Below are positions 38,349 to 46,419 of a DNA stretch of 64,000 nucleotides, piece by piece. Location: NCBI GenBank assembly GCA_001771545.1, contig MEUC01000005.1:2379-66378 (forward strand), written 5' to 3'. A model generated the notes under the pieces. That model had not been told where the DNA came from. It was given only the letters and a program-made list of their open reading frames with translations, and searched no databases. The DNA comes from a candidate division WOR-1 bacterium RIFOXYB2_FULL_42_35. GTDB lineage: Bacteria > Margulisbacteria > WOR-1 > O2-12-FULL-45-9. A program made the position numbers and the translations under genes. Position 1 is the stretch's first letter. Every line of letters begins with the position of its first letter.

Positions 38349-40542
38349 TGATTGTTTGTGGGACTCCTGTTTTGATTGATTCAATAATGGCAAAGGTAGT
38401 TAAAGTTGTATAAATATGGTCTTTAAGAGGCACAGCTTCCCGACTACTCTTAACCGCAGCAAAAAAAGCTTCAAACTCTCCTTCGTAACCACGATCAAGG
38501 TTAAAGGATTTTTTCTTTTGACCCCTACCATCTTTAGCAAAAAATAATGATTTAAAGTTATCAATTACACAAACTGACTTGCCGGAAAACACTTCAATTC
38601 TTTCTCTGGGAAGAAGTTTATCGCCTTGAGAAGCGTAAAGGATTGTCGCAATCGAACCATTGTGCATTTTAAGCGTAATAACTAAATTGTCTTCCCCTTT
38701 TTCTGTGGCAGCCTGAGCAAAAACACTTTCGGGCAATGAGCCGGATAAAGCTTGAACCAAATCAACAAAGTGACAAACCTCGCCAACAACCCTGCCCCCA
38801 CCCTCCGCTGCATCGTGAACCCAACTTTCAGCCGGGACAAACCCAGCATTAACTCGACAATTGATAACCAGGTTTGAACCAGAACCGAGCAATTCTTTGG
38901 CCTTCAAGGTCAAGGGAGCAAAACGACGGTTAAAACCTACCATCAGGAGCCGTGGATCGGGGTTCGCCGTGCCTGCCGGCAGGCAGGTGGTTCGTGAATA
39001 GATATCGATTATTGATTTAAGTTCTGAATCATTCATGCACAAAGGTTTTTCTACAAAGACGTGCTTACCAGCCTTAAGGGAATCAATCACCATCTGGGCA
39101 TGAAGATTATGCCTAGTTGCAATTAAAATCGTATTAATATTTGGATCTTTTAATAATTCCTGATAGTCGGCCACACAATACTCAAACCCATATTTTTTAC
39201 CTGTGTGACGACCCTTAAAACCTTCCGCATCTGCAAGCCCAACCAATTTAATATTTTTGAACTTTTTTAGAATGGGGAGCATGCTAGTGTTGGCGTGGAG
39301 GCCTGCGCCGATCAGCCCTATTTTGACCTGCTCCAACTGTCTGCTGTCTGCTGTCTGCTTTCTACTATCTAATAAGCTTATCTTCTTCGACCCAGGACCC
39401 ATGACCCCAGACCCAAGACCATCCCCATATTCTAACAAAACCCCAAGATACGGCACTCCCCCCTTTAAAATCATCTCATACCCGGCTAGAGCTTCTGCCA
39501 ACTTAAAGCGATGGCTAATAAGCTTTTCTAGTTCAACCTTTCCTTCAGCTACCAAATCAAGGAAACAAGCCATATTGCGTTGAGTGGTCCAACGAACATA
39601 AGGCAAAGGATAATCTTGCCCTTTATTTTCATAAAGGGGATCAAATTTACCGGGGCCGGTGGCGCGAGAAACAATGACACTTAATTCTTTTTTGAAGAAG
39701 TCTTGTCTGGGCACATCCAAAGAAACCATACCACAAGCAACAATACGGCCCTTATCCCGGGAAATTTCCGCAGCCATTTCAATCGGTTTATTATCTTGAG
39801 AGCCTGCCATAATAATAACGGCATCAGCCCCAACTCCGCCAGTAAAGTCAGCTACAACTTGATTAATATCATCTCTACCAATTAAGGCAACTTGATCAAC
39901 TCCAAATTCCCTGGCCATTTTTAGTTTGGCCTCGGAGATATCAACCCCAATAACTTTACAGCCAAAGGCTTTAAGCATCTGAACCGTTAACTGTCCCAAC
40001 AGCCCTAACCCAAGAACAACGACATTTTCACCAAAAGTTAAGTTGGCAACCCGAATAGCATTCAAAGCAATCGAACCTAAACCGACAAACGAGGCTTCTT
40101 CAAAAGAAACCCCTTGAGGAATTTTGACCAGCATATTTTTTGGCACATAACTTAGTTCGGAATGAGTGGCAAACCCATCGCCAAAACAGGCGATTCTATC
40201 GCCAACTTTGACACCATAAATCCCCTCTCCAACCTCTCTAACCAGACCGGCTGAACTGTAGCCAAGAGTAACAGGAGTATCTAAACGGCTCATGACAGCT
40301 TTATAAGTATCTAATAAACCGTCAACTTTAATTTTGTTGATAACCTGTTTAACCAGGTCAGGACGAGCCAGGACTTTTCCCAAATAACCTTTTTGAGCCA
40401 GACTGATCATTAGCTTCTCCGTGCCAACGCTGACAAGGGAATTTTTTGTTTCCAACAAAACCCCACCAGAACGCAAAAGAGGATCCGGAACTTCCACTAA
40501 CTGAAGCTCCCCTGATTTATAGTTTTGGATTATCTGTTTCAT
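38326..40542 (-). CDS. Bifunctional oxidoreductase: N-terminal Zn-dependent alcohol dehydrogenase (MDR) domain fused to C-terminal Gfo/Idh/MocA domain
   Basis: N-terminal MDR fold (GDRIACFGDG..., VVLGLGLLGQL). C-terminal IGLIGAGLHAN...EKPLC Gfo/Idh/MocA Rossmann domain. They are joined by a low-complexity repeat-encoded linker. Confidence 0.7.
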   Translation of the reverse strand: MKQIIQNYKSGELQLVEVPDPLLRSGGVLLETKNSLVSVGTEKLMISLAQKGYLGKVLARPDLVKQVINKIKVDGLLDTYKAVMSRLDTPVTLGYSSAGLVREVGEGIYGVKVGDRIACFGDGFATHSELSYVPKNMLVKIPQGVSFEEASFVGLGSIALNAIRVANLTFGENVVVLGLGLLGQLTVQMLKAFGCKVIGVDISEAKLKMAREFGVDQVALIGRDDINQVVADFTGGVGADAVIIMAGSQDNKPIEMAAEISRDKGRIVACGMVSLDVPRQDFFKKELSVIVSRATGPGKFDPLYENKGQDYPLPYVRWTTQRNMACFLDLVAEGKVELEKLISHRFKLAEALAGYEMILKGGVPYLGVLLEYGDGLGSGVMGPGSKKISLLDSRKQTADSRQLEQVKIGLIGAGLHANTSMLPILKKFKNIKLVGLADAEGFKGRHTGKKYGFEYCVADYQELLKDPNINTILIATRHNLHAQMVIDSLKAGKHVFVEKPLCMNDSELKSIIDIYSRTTCLPAGTANPDPRLLMVGFNRRFAPLTLKAKELLGSGSNLVINCRVNAGFVPAESWVHDAAEGGGRVVGEVCHFVDLVQALSGSLPESVFAQAATEKGEDNLVITLKMHNGSIATILYASQGDKLLPRERIEVFSGKSVCVIDNFKSLFFAKDGRGQKKKSFNLDRGYEGEFEAFFAAVKSSREAVPLKDHIYTTLTTFAIIESIKTGVPQTINASTYFI

Positions 40543-41380
40543 GTTTTTGACAATACTGATCTATTATAGCAGAATAATTCTCCAAAAAGTTATTGATGCT
40601 GTTAGTATCCTCAATAAAATTAACCAAATCGAGAAAAAGATTGTTTTTTTTGATTTTTCCGGCCTTGAGATGAATCTCTTTTAGCATTTGCGACCATGAC
40701 ATCCCGCTATATTTAGTATCGGCAAAGAGGAGCTTCAAGCTTTTGGCGCCAGGTATAATGTCCTTACCCATATACCAAACCAGGTCATACATATCGCGGC
40801 CTTTAAAATCAATTTCCTTGGCTTTACCTTTGTAAAACAAACGGGTCAGAAAAGCGTGAACTTTGCCGGCCATTAAATCCGCCAATGAATATCTTTTTAG
40901 AAAATAAGTCCTGCCCCCCTTTTCCACTAAGGCAGTTTCCAACACAGCCTCCGGCAAGTTAACCTGGGCAATTTCTACTTTTAGCAAAAGTGTAAATGAT
41001 TGTTGAAAATCAAGGCCCAGTTGCTTTAAGAAAGGGAACTTGAGATAAATTTTATTATTTTGGCCCTTAAGCGCAAAATCAATCTCCTGGTATTTAAGGG
41101 TTTGCCGAAACATATTTTTAAGATCCCCGGCTATCTTTTGATGGTCTAATTTTACCGCACAATCAAAATCAAGGTCTTCGGACAAACGCGGCAGGTTAAA
41201 GCAAAACCGCAAGCATGTCCCGCCGGTAAAAATCAGCTTATGGTTAAGCTCTTTATTGCCATAGATATATTCTAAAACGATATTCTGGAGATGCTCCTTA
41301 ATCAAATTGATTATATAACCGGTTCTCACCTTTTTCTGCTTAGCTTCACTAACAATAGCTTTTAATTGCTCAAAAAGCAT
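40517..41380 (-). CDS. Nucleotidyltransferase AbiEii/AbiGii toxin family protein (DUF1814)
   Basis: LIFTGGTCLRFCFNLPRLSEDLDFD matches the AbiEii motif (KGGTAL...RfSeDiDf). Confidence 0.65.
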   Translation of the reverse strand: MLFEQLKAIVSEAKQKKVRTGYIINLIKEHLQNIVLEYIYGNKELNHKLIFTGGTCLRFCFNLPRLSEDLDFDCAVKLDHQKIAGDLKNMFRQTLKYQEIDFALKGQNNKIYLKFPFLKQLGLDFQQSFTLLLKVEIAQVNLPEAVLETALVEKGGRTYFLKRYSLADLMAGKVHAFLTRLFYKGKAKEIDFKGRDMYDLVWYMGKDIIPGAKSLKLLFADTKYSGMSWSQMLKEIHLKAGKIKKNNLFLDLVNFIEDTNSINNFLENYSAIIDQYCQKHETDNPKL

Positions 41381-42005
41381 GCTTGCTCCTCAAGGCCTGA
41401 TAAATCCGACGCATTTTTTCACTTCGGGCAATAGCCAAATAATCTTCAAATTCCCGCCAATCGGCCGAGGAAAAACCCTCCAAATTTAATCTTAGTTCGG
41501 CCACGGTTTTTGCGTTGGCATGTTTAATGGTTCGTTTGGCAAAATAAAGGTAATCAAATAAAGCCTTACTCTTGGAAGCGATATCATAGTTTTTGCCTTC
41601 AAATTGCGCCCGGCTAAAACCGCAAAACAACTGTCGCTTGATTTTGGCATAACTGAAATTAGCAATTTTAGAGCTGTAGTTTTTGGTTGCCCTGCCGGTA
41701 ATTGAAGCGACACCAAAAACAGCTTCGGATAAAACACCGTATCGGGCCAAAACGGTCTCTTTGCTGACATAAGAAGGTTGGTCCAAGAGAGAAGCAAGAT
41801 AGTTGAGATACTCATCTTTGTTGGCACAATTTTGCCAATATTCTTCCGGCACATAAAAGCCTCTCTTGAGCTTAATCAGTTTACCGGCTTTTAACCAGTT
41901 TTTGACGTTCTGGTCAAAAGAAGCCGGTTTAATATCAGGGAATAAAAGGGCAAGATTATCTTTTCTCACGTAAGGCAGTTTTATTATTTGCTCTGAAATG
42001 CTCAT
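41370..42005 (-). CDS. AbiEi-family antitoxin-like protein (type IV TA)
   Basis: N-terminal wHTH ending KAGKLIKLKRGFYV (AbiEi L.R.G.Y motif). Encoded immediately upstream of AbiEii with an overlapping stop/start. Confidence 0.55.
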   Translation of the reverse strand: MSISEQIIKLPYVRKDNLALLFPDIKPASFDQNVKNWLKAGKLIKLKRGFYVPEEYWQNCANKDEYLNYLASLLDQPSYVSKETVLARYGVLSEAVFGVASITGRATKNYSSKIANFSYAKIKRQLFCGFSRAQFEGKNYDIASKSKALFDYLYFAKRTIKHANAKTVAELRLNLEGFSSADWREFEDYLAIARSEKMRRIYQALRSKHAF

Positions 42006-42047
42006 TTGTTTTGGTTAGGGTAACAAGGCTTGTACTTATCTGGTACA

Positions 42048-42076
42048 AATATACATCTTAATCAGGCAATTGTCAA
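42048..42076 (-). promoter_or_regulatory. Sigma70-type promoter for abiEi (TTGACA-17-TATATT)
   Basis: Minus-strand reading: TTGACA attgcctgattaagatg TATATT, about 40 nt upstream of the ATG. Confidence 0.45.
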
Positions 42077-42089
42077 ATTTTAGGTCTAC

Positions 42090-42126
42090 TCACGTACCGG
42101 CTTTTTGCGAAAGGTGTACATTATCT
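42090..42126 (-). pseudogene. Fragment A: decayed copy of the DUF362 gene 3' end (encodes IMYTFRKKPVRE*)
   Basis: CTTTTTGCGAAAGGTGTACATTATC is homologous to 44240..44265 inside the DUF362 gene. It follows the DUF2283 stop in the same frame. Confidence 0.6.
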
Positions 42127-42355
42127 ATTTTTTCGCTTTTACTTTCTGACGCATGAGTTCAAAGGTCATATGGTAAAATTGCGATTTGGGTTCAGGCAGG
42201 TTCTTAGAGGCATCGAGAATTTCAATGCCAAGAACTTTGCCTTTTTTATCGTAATCAAAAATTATGCCCTCCTTGACCTCATCACTTTCATAATAACGGC
42301 TATCACCAAACCTTATATACATTGCATCACTTTTTTCGTCGTAATTAACCTTCAT
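42125..42355 (-). CDS. DUF2283-family protein (putative antitoxin-like partner)
   Basis: MKVNYDEKSDAMYIRFGD...GKVLGIEIL matches the DUF2283 pattern. Confidence 0.6.
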   Translation of the reverse strand: MKVNYDEKSDAMYIRFGDSRYYESDEVKEGIIFDYDKKGKVLGIEILDASKNLPEPKSQFYHMTFELMRQKVKAKK

Positions 42356-42614
42356 TATAGACCTCCCTTAAATATTTTTTAATTTTACTTGTCCTATAAG
42401 CTGTAATCACGATTTTGGTCGTATTTTCAATTGCATAAACGACCCGATATAAAAATCTTTTACCACCTTTTGATAAAATTTTCTGGGCGACCTGACGGCC
42501 CGGAATGCCAGTCGTTAAAACTTGGTGGGGTTTATTTATTACACGCTCTACCTCAGCTTTAGCAATGCCGCGCTCCGTTAATTGTTTCTCCGCATGGGGA
42601 TGATAAACTAACAT
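42345..42614 (-). CDS. DUF4258-family protein (putative toxin-like partner)
   Basis: HAEKQLTERGI...RVVY...KIVITAYR matches the DUF4258 pattern. Overlaps the DUF2283 gene start. Extended -10 (TGATATAAT) 9 nt upstream of the ATG suggests a leaderless transcript. Confidence 0.6.
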   Translation of the reverse strand: MLVYHPHAEKQLTERGIAKAEVERVINKPHQVLTTGIPGRQVAQKILSKGGKRFLYRVVYAIENTTKIVITAYRTSKIKKYLREVYNEG

Positions 42615-42671
42615 CTTATTGGCATTATATCATGAATTCAACCAGATGGGCTCTAAACTTTAAGCTCCCTC

Positions 42672-42755
42672 GACAGGTTTTTTGCGGAATGTATACATAA
42701 TCTTATGCAGCAAATCGGCAAACATTGACTCGTAAAAAAGTGGTTGATGGCTGGA
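42672..42755 (-). pseudogene. Fragment B: decayed copy of the DUF362 gene 3' end (encodes ...SHQPLFYESMFADLLHKIMYTFRKKPVEGA*)
   Basis: An ~85-nt block >85% identical to 44229..44314; in-frame with the upstream HepT-like stop. Confidence 0.7.
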
Positions 42756-43223
42756 TTAAAGTTTTGACAAAAAGTTAATAAAAGCCTTAAGCTGAAGGTC
42801 AACCTCTTTATAAAGAGCCGGTAAATTCTCGGCTAAATTCTGGCAGCGCTGCCATTTTAATTCAAAACCATAAATATGTCTAAAAAGGTGTCTAAAGCTT
42901 AAATATTCGTTCAAGTTTTCCCCTAATTCAACTGATAAAACTGCGGGCCGGCGGTTAGGCACATTAGCCAACATGCGCCGCAAAATTTGAGTATGCCAGC
43001 CCTCGCCCTCCGGCAGGCCACCATCAACGGCATAGGCAATCCTTTCAAAGATCTTTTCCAGTCCGGTATAAAAGTCATGCAAAATACTGCCTGCCGCCCT
43101 AATTAGGGTGGTATCCGGCTGATCCTTGATGCTTTTTAGCGCCAATTGCATTTCATCAACCAAGCGGCCAAGGTTCTTATTTTCTAAACTGATATCTGTT
43201 ATCAAGCCGGCAAATTTAGCCAT
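42756..43223 (-). CDS. HEPN-fold toxin-like protein (HepT / nucleotidyltransferase-substrate-binding HI0074-like)
   Basis: R-x4-H-x-Y motif (FRHLFRHIYGF). Overlaps the upstream MNT gene by 8 nt. Confidence 0.5.
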   Translation of the reverse strand: MAKFAGLITDISLENKNLGRLVDEMQLALKSIKDQPDTTLIRAAGSILHDFYTGLEKIFERIAYAVDGGLPEGEGWHTQILRRMLANVPNRRPAVLSVELGENLNEYLSFRHLFRHIYGFELKWQRCQNLAENLPALYKEVDLQLKAFINFLSKL

Positions 43224-43581
43224 AAATTAATTGCCCTTTTTTTTGGATTAAATCTTTTAACTTAGGGGCCGCGTCTTCCAAGGGAACCAGATCAACACTT
43301 ACTTTACCGGCAAAAAGCCGGGATATCTTACTTAAAGCAGAAATATATTCTTGGGGTTGTATCCCCTCTACAGCCAAATCAAGGTCAGAATGTTTATGGA
43401 AAAGCTCACCATCAATTATTGATCCGAACAAAAAAACCTTTTTAGCGCCAAATTGCCTGCCCAGCATCTGCGCTGCTTTGGCAGCAGAAAGTTTTAGGGA
43501 TTTAATCAGTAACTGTTTAGCTTGATATTCCTTTTCAAATTGTTTTTTCCAGAATTTCTGGTAATTTCTTAGACTTGCCAT
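43216..43581 (-). CDS. Minimal nucleotidyltransferase (MntA-like antitoxin)
   Basis: LFGSIIDGELFHKHSDLDLAV matches the GS-x9-13-DxD MNT motif. Confidence 0.65.
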   Translation of the reverse strand: MASLRNYQKFWKKQFEKEYQAKQLLIKSLKLSAAKAAQMLGRQFGAKKVFLFGSIIDGELFHKHSDLDLAVEGIQPQEYISALSKISRLFAGKVSVDLVPLEDAAPKLKDLIQKKGQLIYG

Positions 43582-43590
43582 AATGGTTAA

Positions 43591-43619
43591 ATTGTATCAG
43601 ATGTTTTAGGGGATAACAA
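43591..43619 (-). promoter_or_regulatory. Sigma70-type promoter for mntA-hepT (TTGTTA-17-TACAAT)
   Basis: Minus-strand reading: TTGTTA tcccctaaaacatctga TACAAT ttaaccatt ATG (near-leaderless). Confidence 0.5.
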
Positions 43620-43686
43620 ATTAAATTTACTTTGTGAATCGTGAACGGTGAGGCGTAACAGCCCACATTAATTCGGCATTATTCTT

Positions 43687-43762
43687 CCACAGGTTTTTTA
43701 CGGAAGGTGTACATGATTTTGTGGAGCAGAGCTGCAAGCATCGATTAGCAAAAAAGATAAGC
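43687..43762 (-). pseudogene. Fragment C: decayed copy of the DUF362 gene 3' end (encodes MLAALLHKIMYTFRKKPVEE*)
   Basis: CCACAGGTTTTTTACGGAAGGTGTACATGATTTTGTGGAGCAG... is ~70% identical to the D copy. It follows the MNT109 stop directly. Confidence 0.65.
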
Positions 43763-43763
43763 A

Positions 43764-44093
43764 TCAAACCAGGCGGATACCTTTTTGGATAATTTGCCTG
43801 ACCAGGCTGACTTCTTTTTTCTTTTTAGCAAATTCCTGTGGCGTATAACATAAAAAGTCAATATCAGGCAATTCTTTATCTGACCAGGTTTTTAGCTGTT
43901 TGGCCACTTCCGCCCCTCTTTTGATAAACCTGTATTTATCAAACTCCTTGGAAACAAGTGCAATATCAAGATCGCTATTTTCATTGGGCTGGCCATAAGC
44001 GTATGAACCCCACAACCAAATTTCCTGCGGCTTAAAAATTTTTTTTAATTGTTCCAAATATCTGGCCAAAAAAGTTTCCACAGTTATATTCAT
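43764..44093 (-). CDS. Orphan minimal nucleotidyltransferase (MNT) translationally coupled to the DUF362 gene
   Basis: LWGSYAYGQPNENSDLDIALVS MNT motif. Its ATG overlaps the DUF362 stop (AAATGA). No HEPN partner follows it, only fragment C. Confidence 0.6.
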   Translation of the reverse strand: MNITVETFLARYLEQLKKIFKPQEIWLWGSYAYGQPNENSDLDIALVSKEFDKYRFIKRGAEVAKQLKTWSDKELPDIDFLCYTPQEFAKKKKEVSLVRQIIQKGIRLV

Positions 44094-45193
44094 TTTACCG
44101 TCTCACCCGTTATAAGTTTTTTAATTATTTCTGCCTTACTTAATCCTTCTCTAGCATCTTCCGGACTACAATTTTCGTATGGCATAACATCAGAAATATC
44201 AGGATAACGTAAAACCTGATAATATTTTTCCACAGGTTTTTTGCGAAAGGTGTACATAATCTTATGCAACAGGTCAGCAAACATTGATTCATAAAAAAAG
44301 TGGTTGATCGCCGGGTGAACCCAAGCAAAAAGCGCTAAATAATTCCAGTGATCGCGCTTAAGATAAAATTTATTGGAAACAAACTTGTGATAATCCTGAT
44401 TCATTTCAATCTCTGCTTCCTTTGGCACCAAGCCATTCCTATAAGCCAAGTAATAATGTCTGATCTTCTTAAGATCAACACCCATCATCTTGGCGGTGAT
44501 TAAGTCAGCCGCCTCAAAACTATCTGAGGCAATCAGCCAGCCTAATTTGAAGGAATCTCCCACCATCGGACCGCTGCGAGTTAAACCATAAGTACCGTCA
44601 ATTATCGTGTACTTGTTCTTGATGGCTTGGTTGATAGCAAAAATCGCTTCGTTAAAAACAGGATGATAGCGCAAGCGCATCACATTGGGCACACAACCCC
44701 ACTGATTTTTGTAAGAAAGAGAAATCTGCGTCATAGCATGCACTTTGGGGACCGGCAAAGTAATAAAAGCGTCAATCTCATGCAGTAAAATCTTGGGCAT
44801 TTCAATTTTAAAATCACGACCAAATTTATGGACAGTTAAAAACTCAAAAGGAAGCTGAGAAAGATTAACAACCCTGATGCCATATTTCTTTTCCAAATCA
44901 TAGAGCCCATAATCGTGAAAGGCATCTTTGACTTCGTAGGAATTGTACCCTCCGTCCGATTCCCCCACTATCACCTTACAGCCATAATCTCTTAAAATTT
45001 TTATTAAAGCTTCCAAGAGTTGCGGTGTGGTAGTAACTCCAGGCTTAAACTTAGGATGGCCTAAATTGGGCTTTAAAAAAACGCGATACCCAGGTTTCAG
45101 CTTGTTTTTTAAACCGATAAAGTCAAGAGCTTGGCCCAATAACTCTTCAATTTGATTAACCCTCAAATCATAAATATAAAGACGAGCCGTCAT
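44090..45193 (-). CDS. DUF362-domain protein (polysaccharide-locus enzyme of unknown function); its 3' region is the source of repeats A-C
   Basis: RVFLKPNLGHPKF...TTTPQLLEALIKILRDYG...VIVGESDG is a DUF362-type N-terminus. The C-terminal ...FYESMFADLLHKIMYTFRKKPVE (44229..44314) is followed by a 45 aa tail. Confidence 0.55.
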   Translation of the reverse strand: MTARLYIYDLRVNQIEELLGQALDFIGLKNKLKPGYRVFLKPNLGHPKFKPGVTTTPQLLEALIKILRDYGCKVIVGESDGGYNSYEVKDAFHDYGLYDLEKKYGIRVVNLSQLPFEFLTVHKFGRDFKIEMPKILLHEIDAFITLPVPKVHAMTQISLSYKNQWGCVPNVMRLRYHPVFNEAIFAINQAIKNKYTIIDGTYGLTRSGPMVGDSFKLGWLIASDSFEAADLITAKMMGVDLKKIRHYYLAYRNGLVPKEAEIEMNQDYHKFVSNKFYLKRDHWNYLALFAWVHPAINHFFYESMFADLLHKIMYTFRKKPVEKYYQVLRYPDISDVMPYENCSPEDAREGLSKAEIIKKLITGETVK

Positions 45194-45245
45194 TCTTCGG
45201 TCTGCTCCTTAATTGCTTGTGTTGCACCTATGGCTTTTGATCATT

Positions 45246-46394
45246 TTATTGAAAAACAAGTTTTGTAAACAGATCCACAAAAGCTTGCTCGTATTTTTGA
45301 GCAGTAAAGCCTTGTTTGATTTTGTTAATGTTTTCCTCAGCCATATTAGCGCACAATAAGTGGTCGGAAAAAAGTTCTTTTATTGCTTGAACCAATTTTT
45401 CCGGCGCTTGAGCCGGCACAAAAAAACCATTAACACGATCAAGAACAACATCAGGAATCCCACCCTGCATAGTTGTGATAATTGGCAAACCAGCAGCCAT
45501 GGCTTCCAAAATAGCTATCGGCAACCCCTCATAAGGGTAATAAGTAGGAAAGACAAAAAGGTCACTATCCCAAAGCAATTGTTTTTTTTCTGTTCCTTTT
45601 ACAAATCCAACAAATTGCACATTAGTAGTAAGGTTATTTGCCTTAACATAGTTCTCAGCCGCATTTTTCTCTAATAAGCTTGGCCAACTACCAGCAAAAA
45701 TAAATTCAAGAGGAAAGCTTTGTTGCTTTAAAATTGCAGCTGCTCGCAATATATCAAAAAAACCTTTAGAGACAAGCAAGTTGTTAAGGAATAAAACCTT
45801 AAAGTTGCTTCTGCCTCCAAATTTAATGCTGGTAAGCTTAGCCTCAACCTCAGACTCTGTAGGCAATAATTCATTAACTACAAAATTAGTAACAACCACA
45901 ATTTTCTCTTCTGCAACTAACCCCCTAAAAACATCCCGTAGGGAACTGGTTAAAACTATAGCCAGGTCAAGCTGAGACAAGGTCATTTTGATCCACAGCT
46001 TTAATGGCCAACCAGAATTTTCATAGAGCACCCTAAAATACCCGCCATGCAGATGTATAACACATTTTTTGCGACAAATCTTAGCTAGTAAAATAAACAA
46101 GCTATCCCGAAGAAATCCTAGCCTAGTTTGCGCGATTGCCAAGTAGACTATTTTAGGTCTAAATACTATCATCTGCCAGCCTAAAGCGAAAAAAGATAAA
46201 ATATCCTTAAGGAATTTAATTGGTCTAAACTTGCCAATATTTAAATCCGTTATCAACCTTGCTCCACTAGTATTAATATTTTTGACACAAAAAGCCCTGT
46301 TTAAAACCTTGGAATTCGCCAATTGTTCTAAGGCAATAGAAGTGCCATGATATGGAGGAGGAAAAGAACCAATTAAAACAACTCTATTTTTCAT
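45246..46394 (-). CDS. Glycosyltransferase family 4
   Basis: EGLPIAILEAMAAGLPIITT GT1-type C-terminal motif. Confidence 0.75.
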   Translation of the reverse strand: MKNRVVLIGSFPPPYHGTSIALEQLANSKVLNRAFCVKNINTSGARLITDLNIGKFRPIKFLKDILSFFALGWQMIVFRPKIVYLAIAQTRLGFLRDSLFILLAKICRKKCVIHLHGGYFRVLYENSGWPLKLWIKMTLSQLDLAIVLTSSLRDVFRGLVAEEKIVVVTNFVVNELLPTESEVEAKLTSIKFGGRSNFKVLFLNNLLVSKGFFDILRAAAILKQQSFPLEFIFAGSWPSLLEKNAAENYVKANNLTTNVQFVGFVKGTEKKQLLWDSDLFVFPTYYPYEGLPIAILEAMAAGLPIITTMQGGIPDVVLDRVNGFFVPAQAPEKLVQAIKELFSDHLLCANMAEENINKIKQGFTAQKYEQAFVDLFTKLVFQ

Positions 46395-46419
46395 AACAAG
46401 TTTGATTTTTTTCTTCTCA

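Noticed and set aside
40517-44330. Classical integron for the TA cassette array
   Set aside because: There is no intI integrase and no attI. The inter-cassette repeats lack the R''/L''/L'/R' core sites (GTTRRRY) of attC and are clearly derived from a protein-coding 3' end. A site-specific or integron-like mechanism remains possible but is not a canonical integron.
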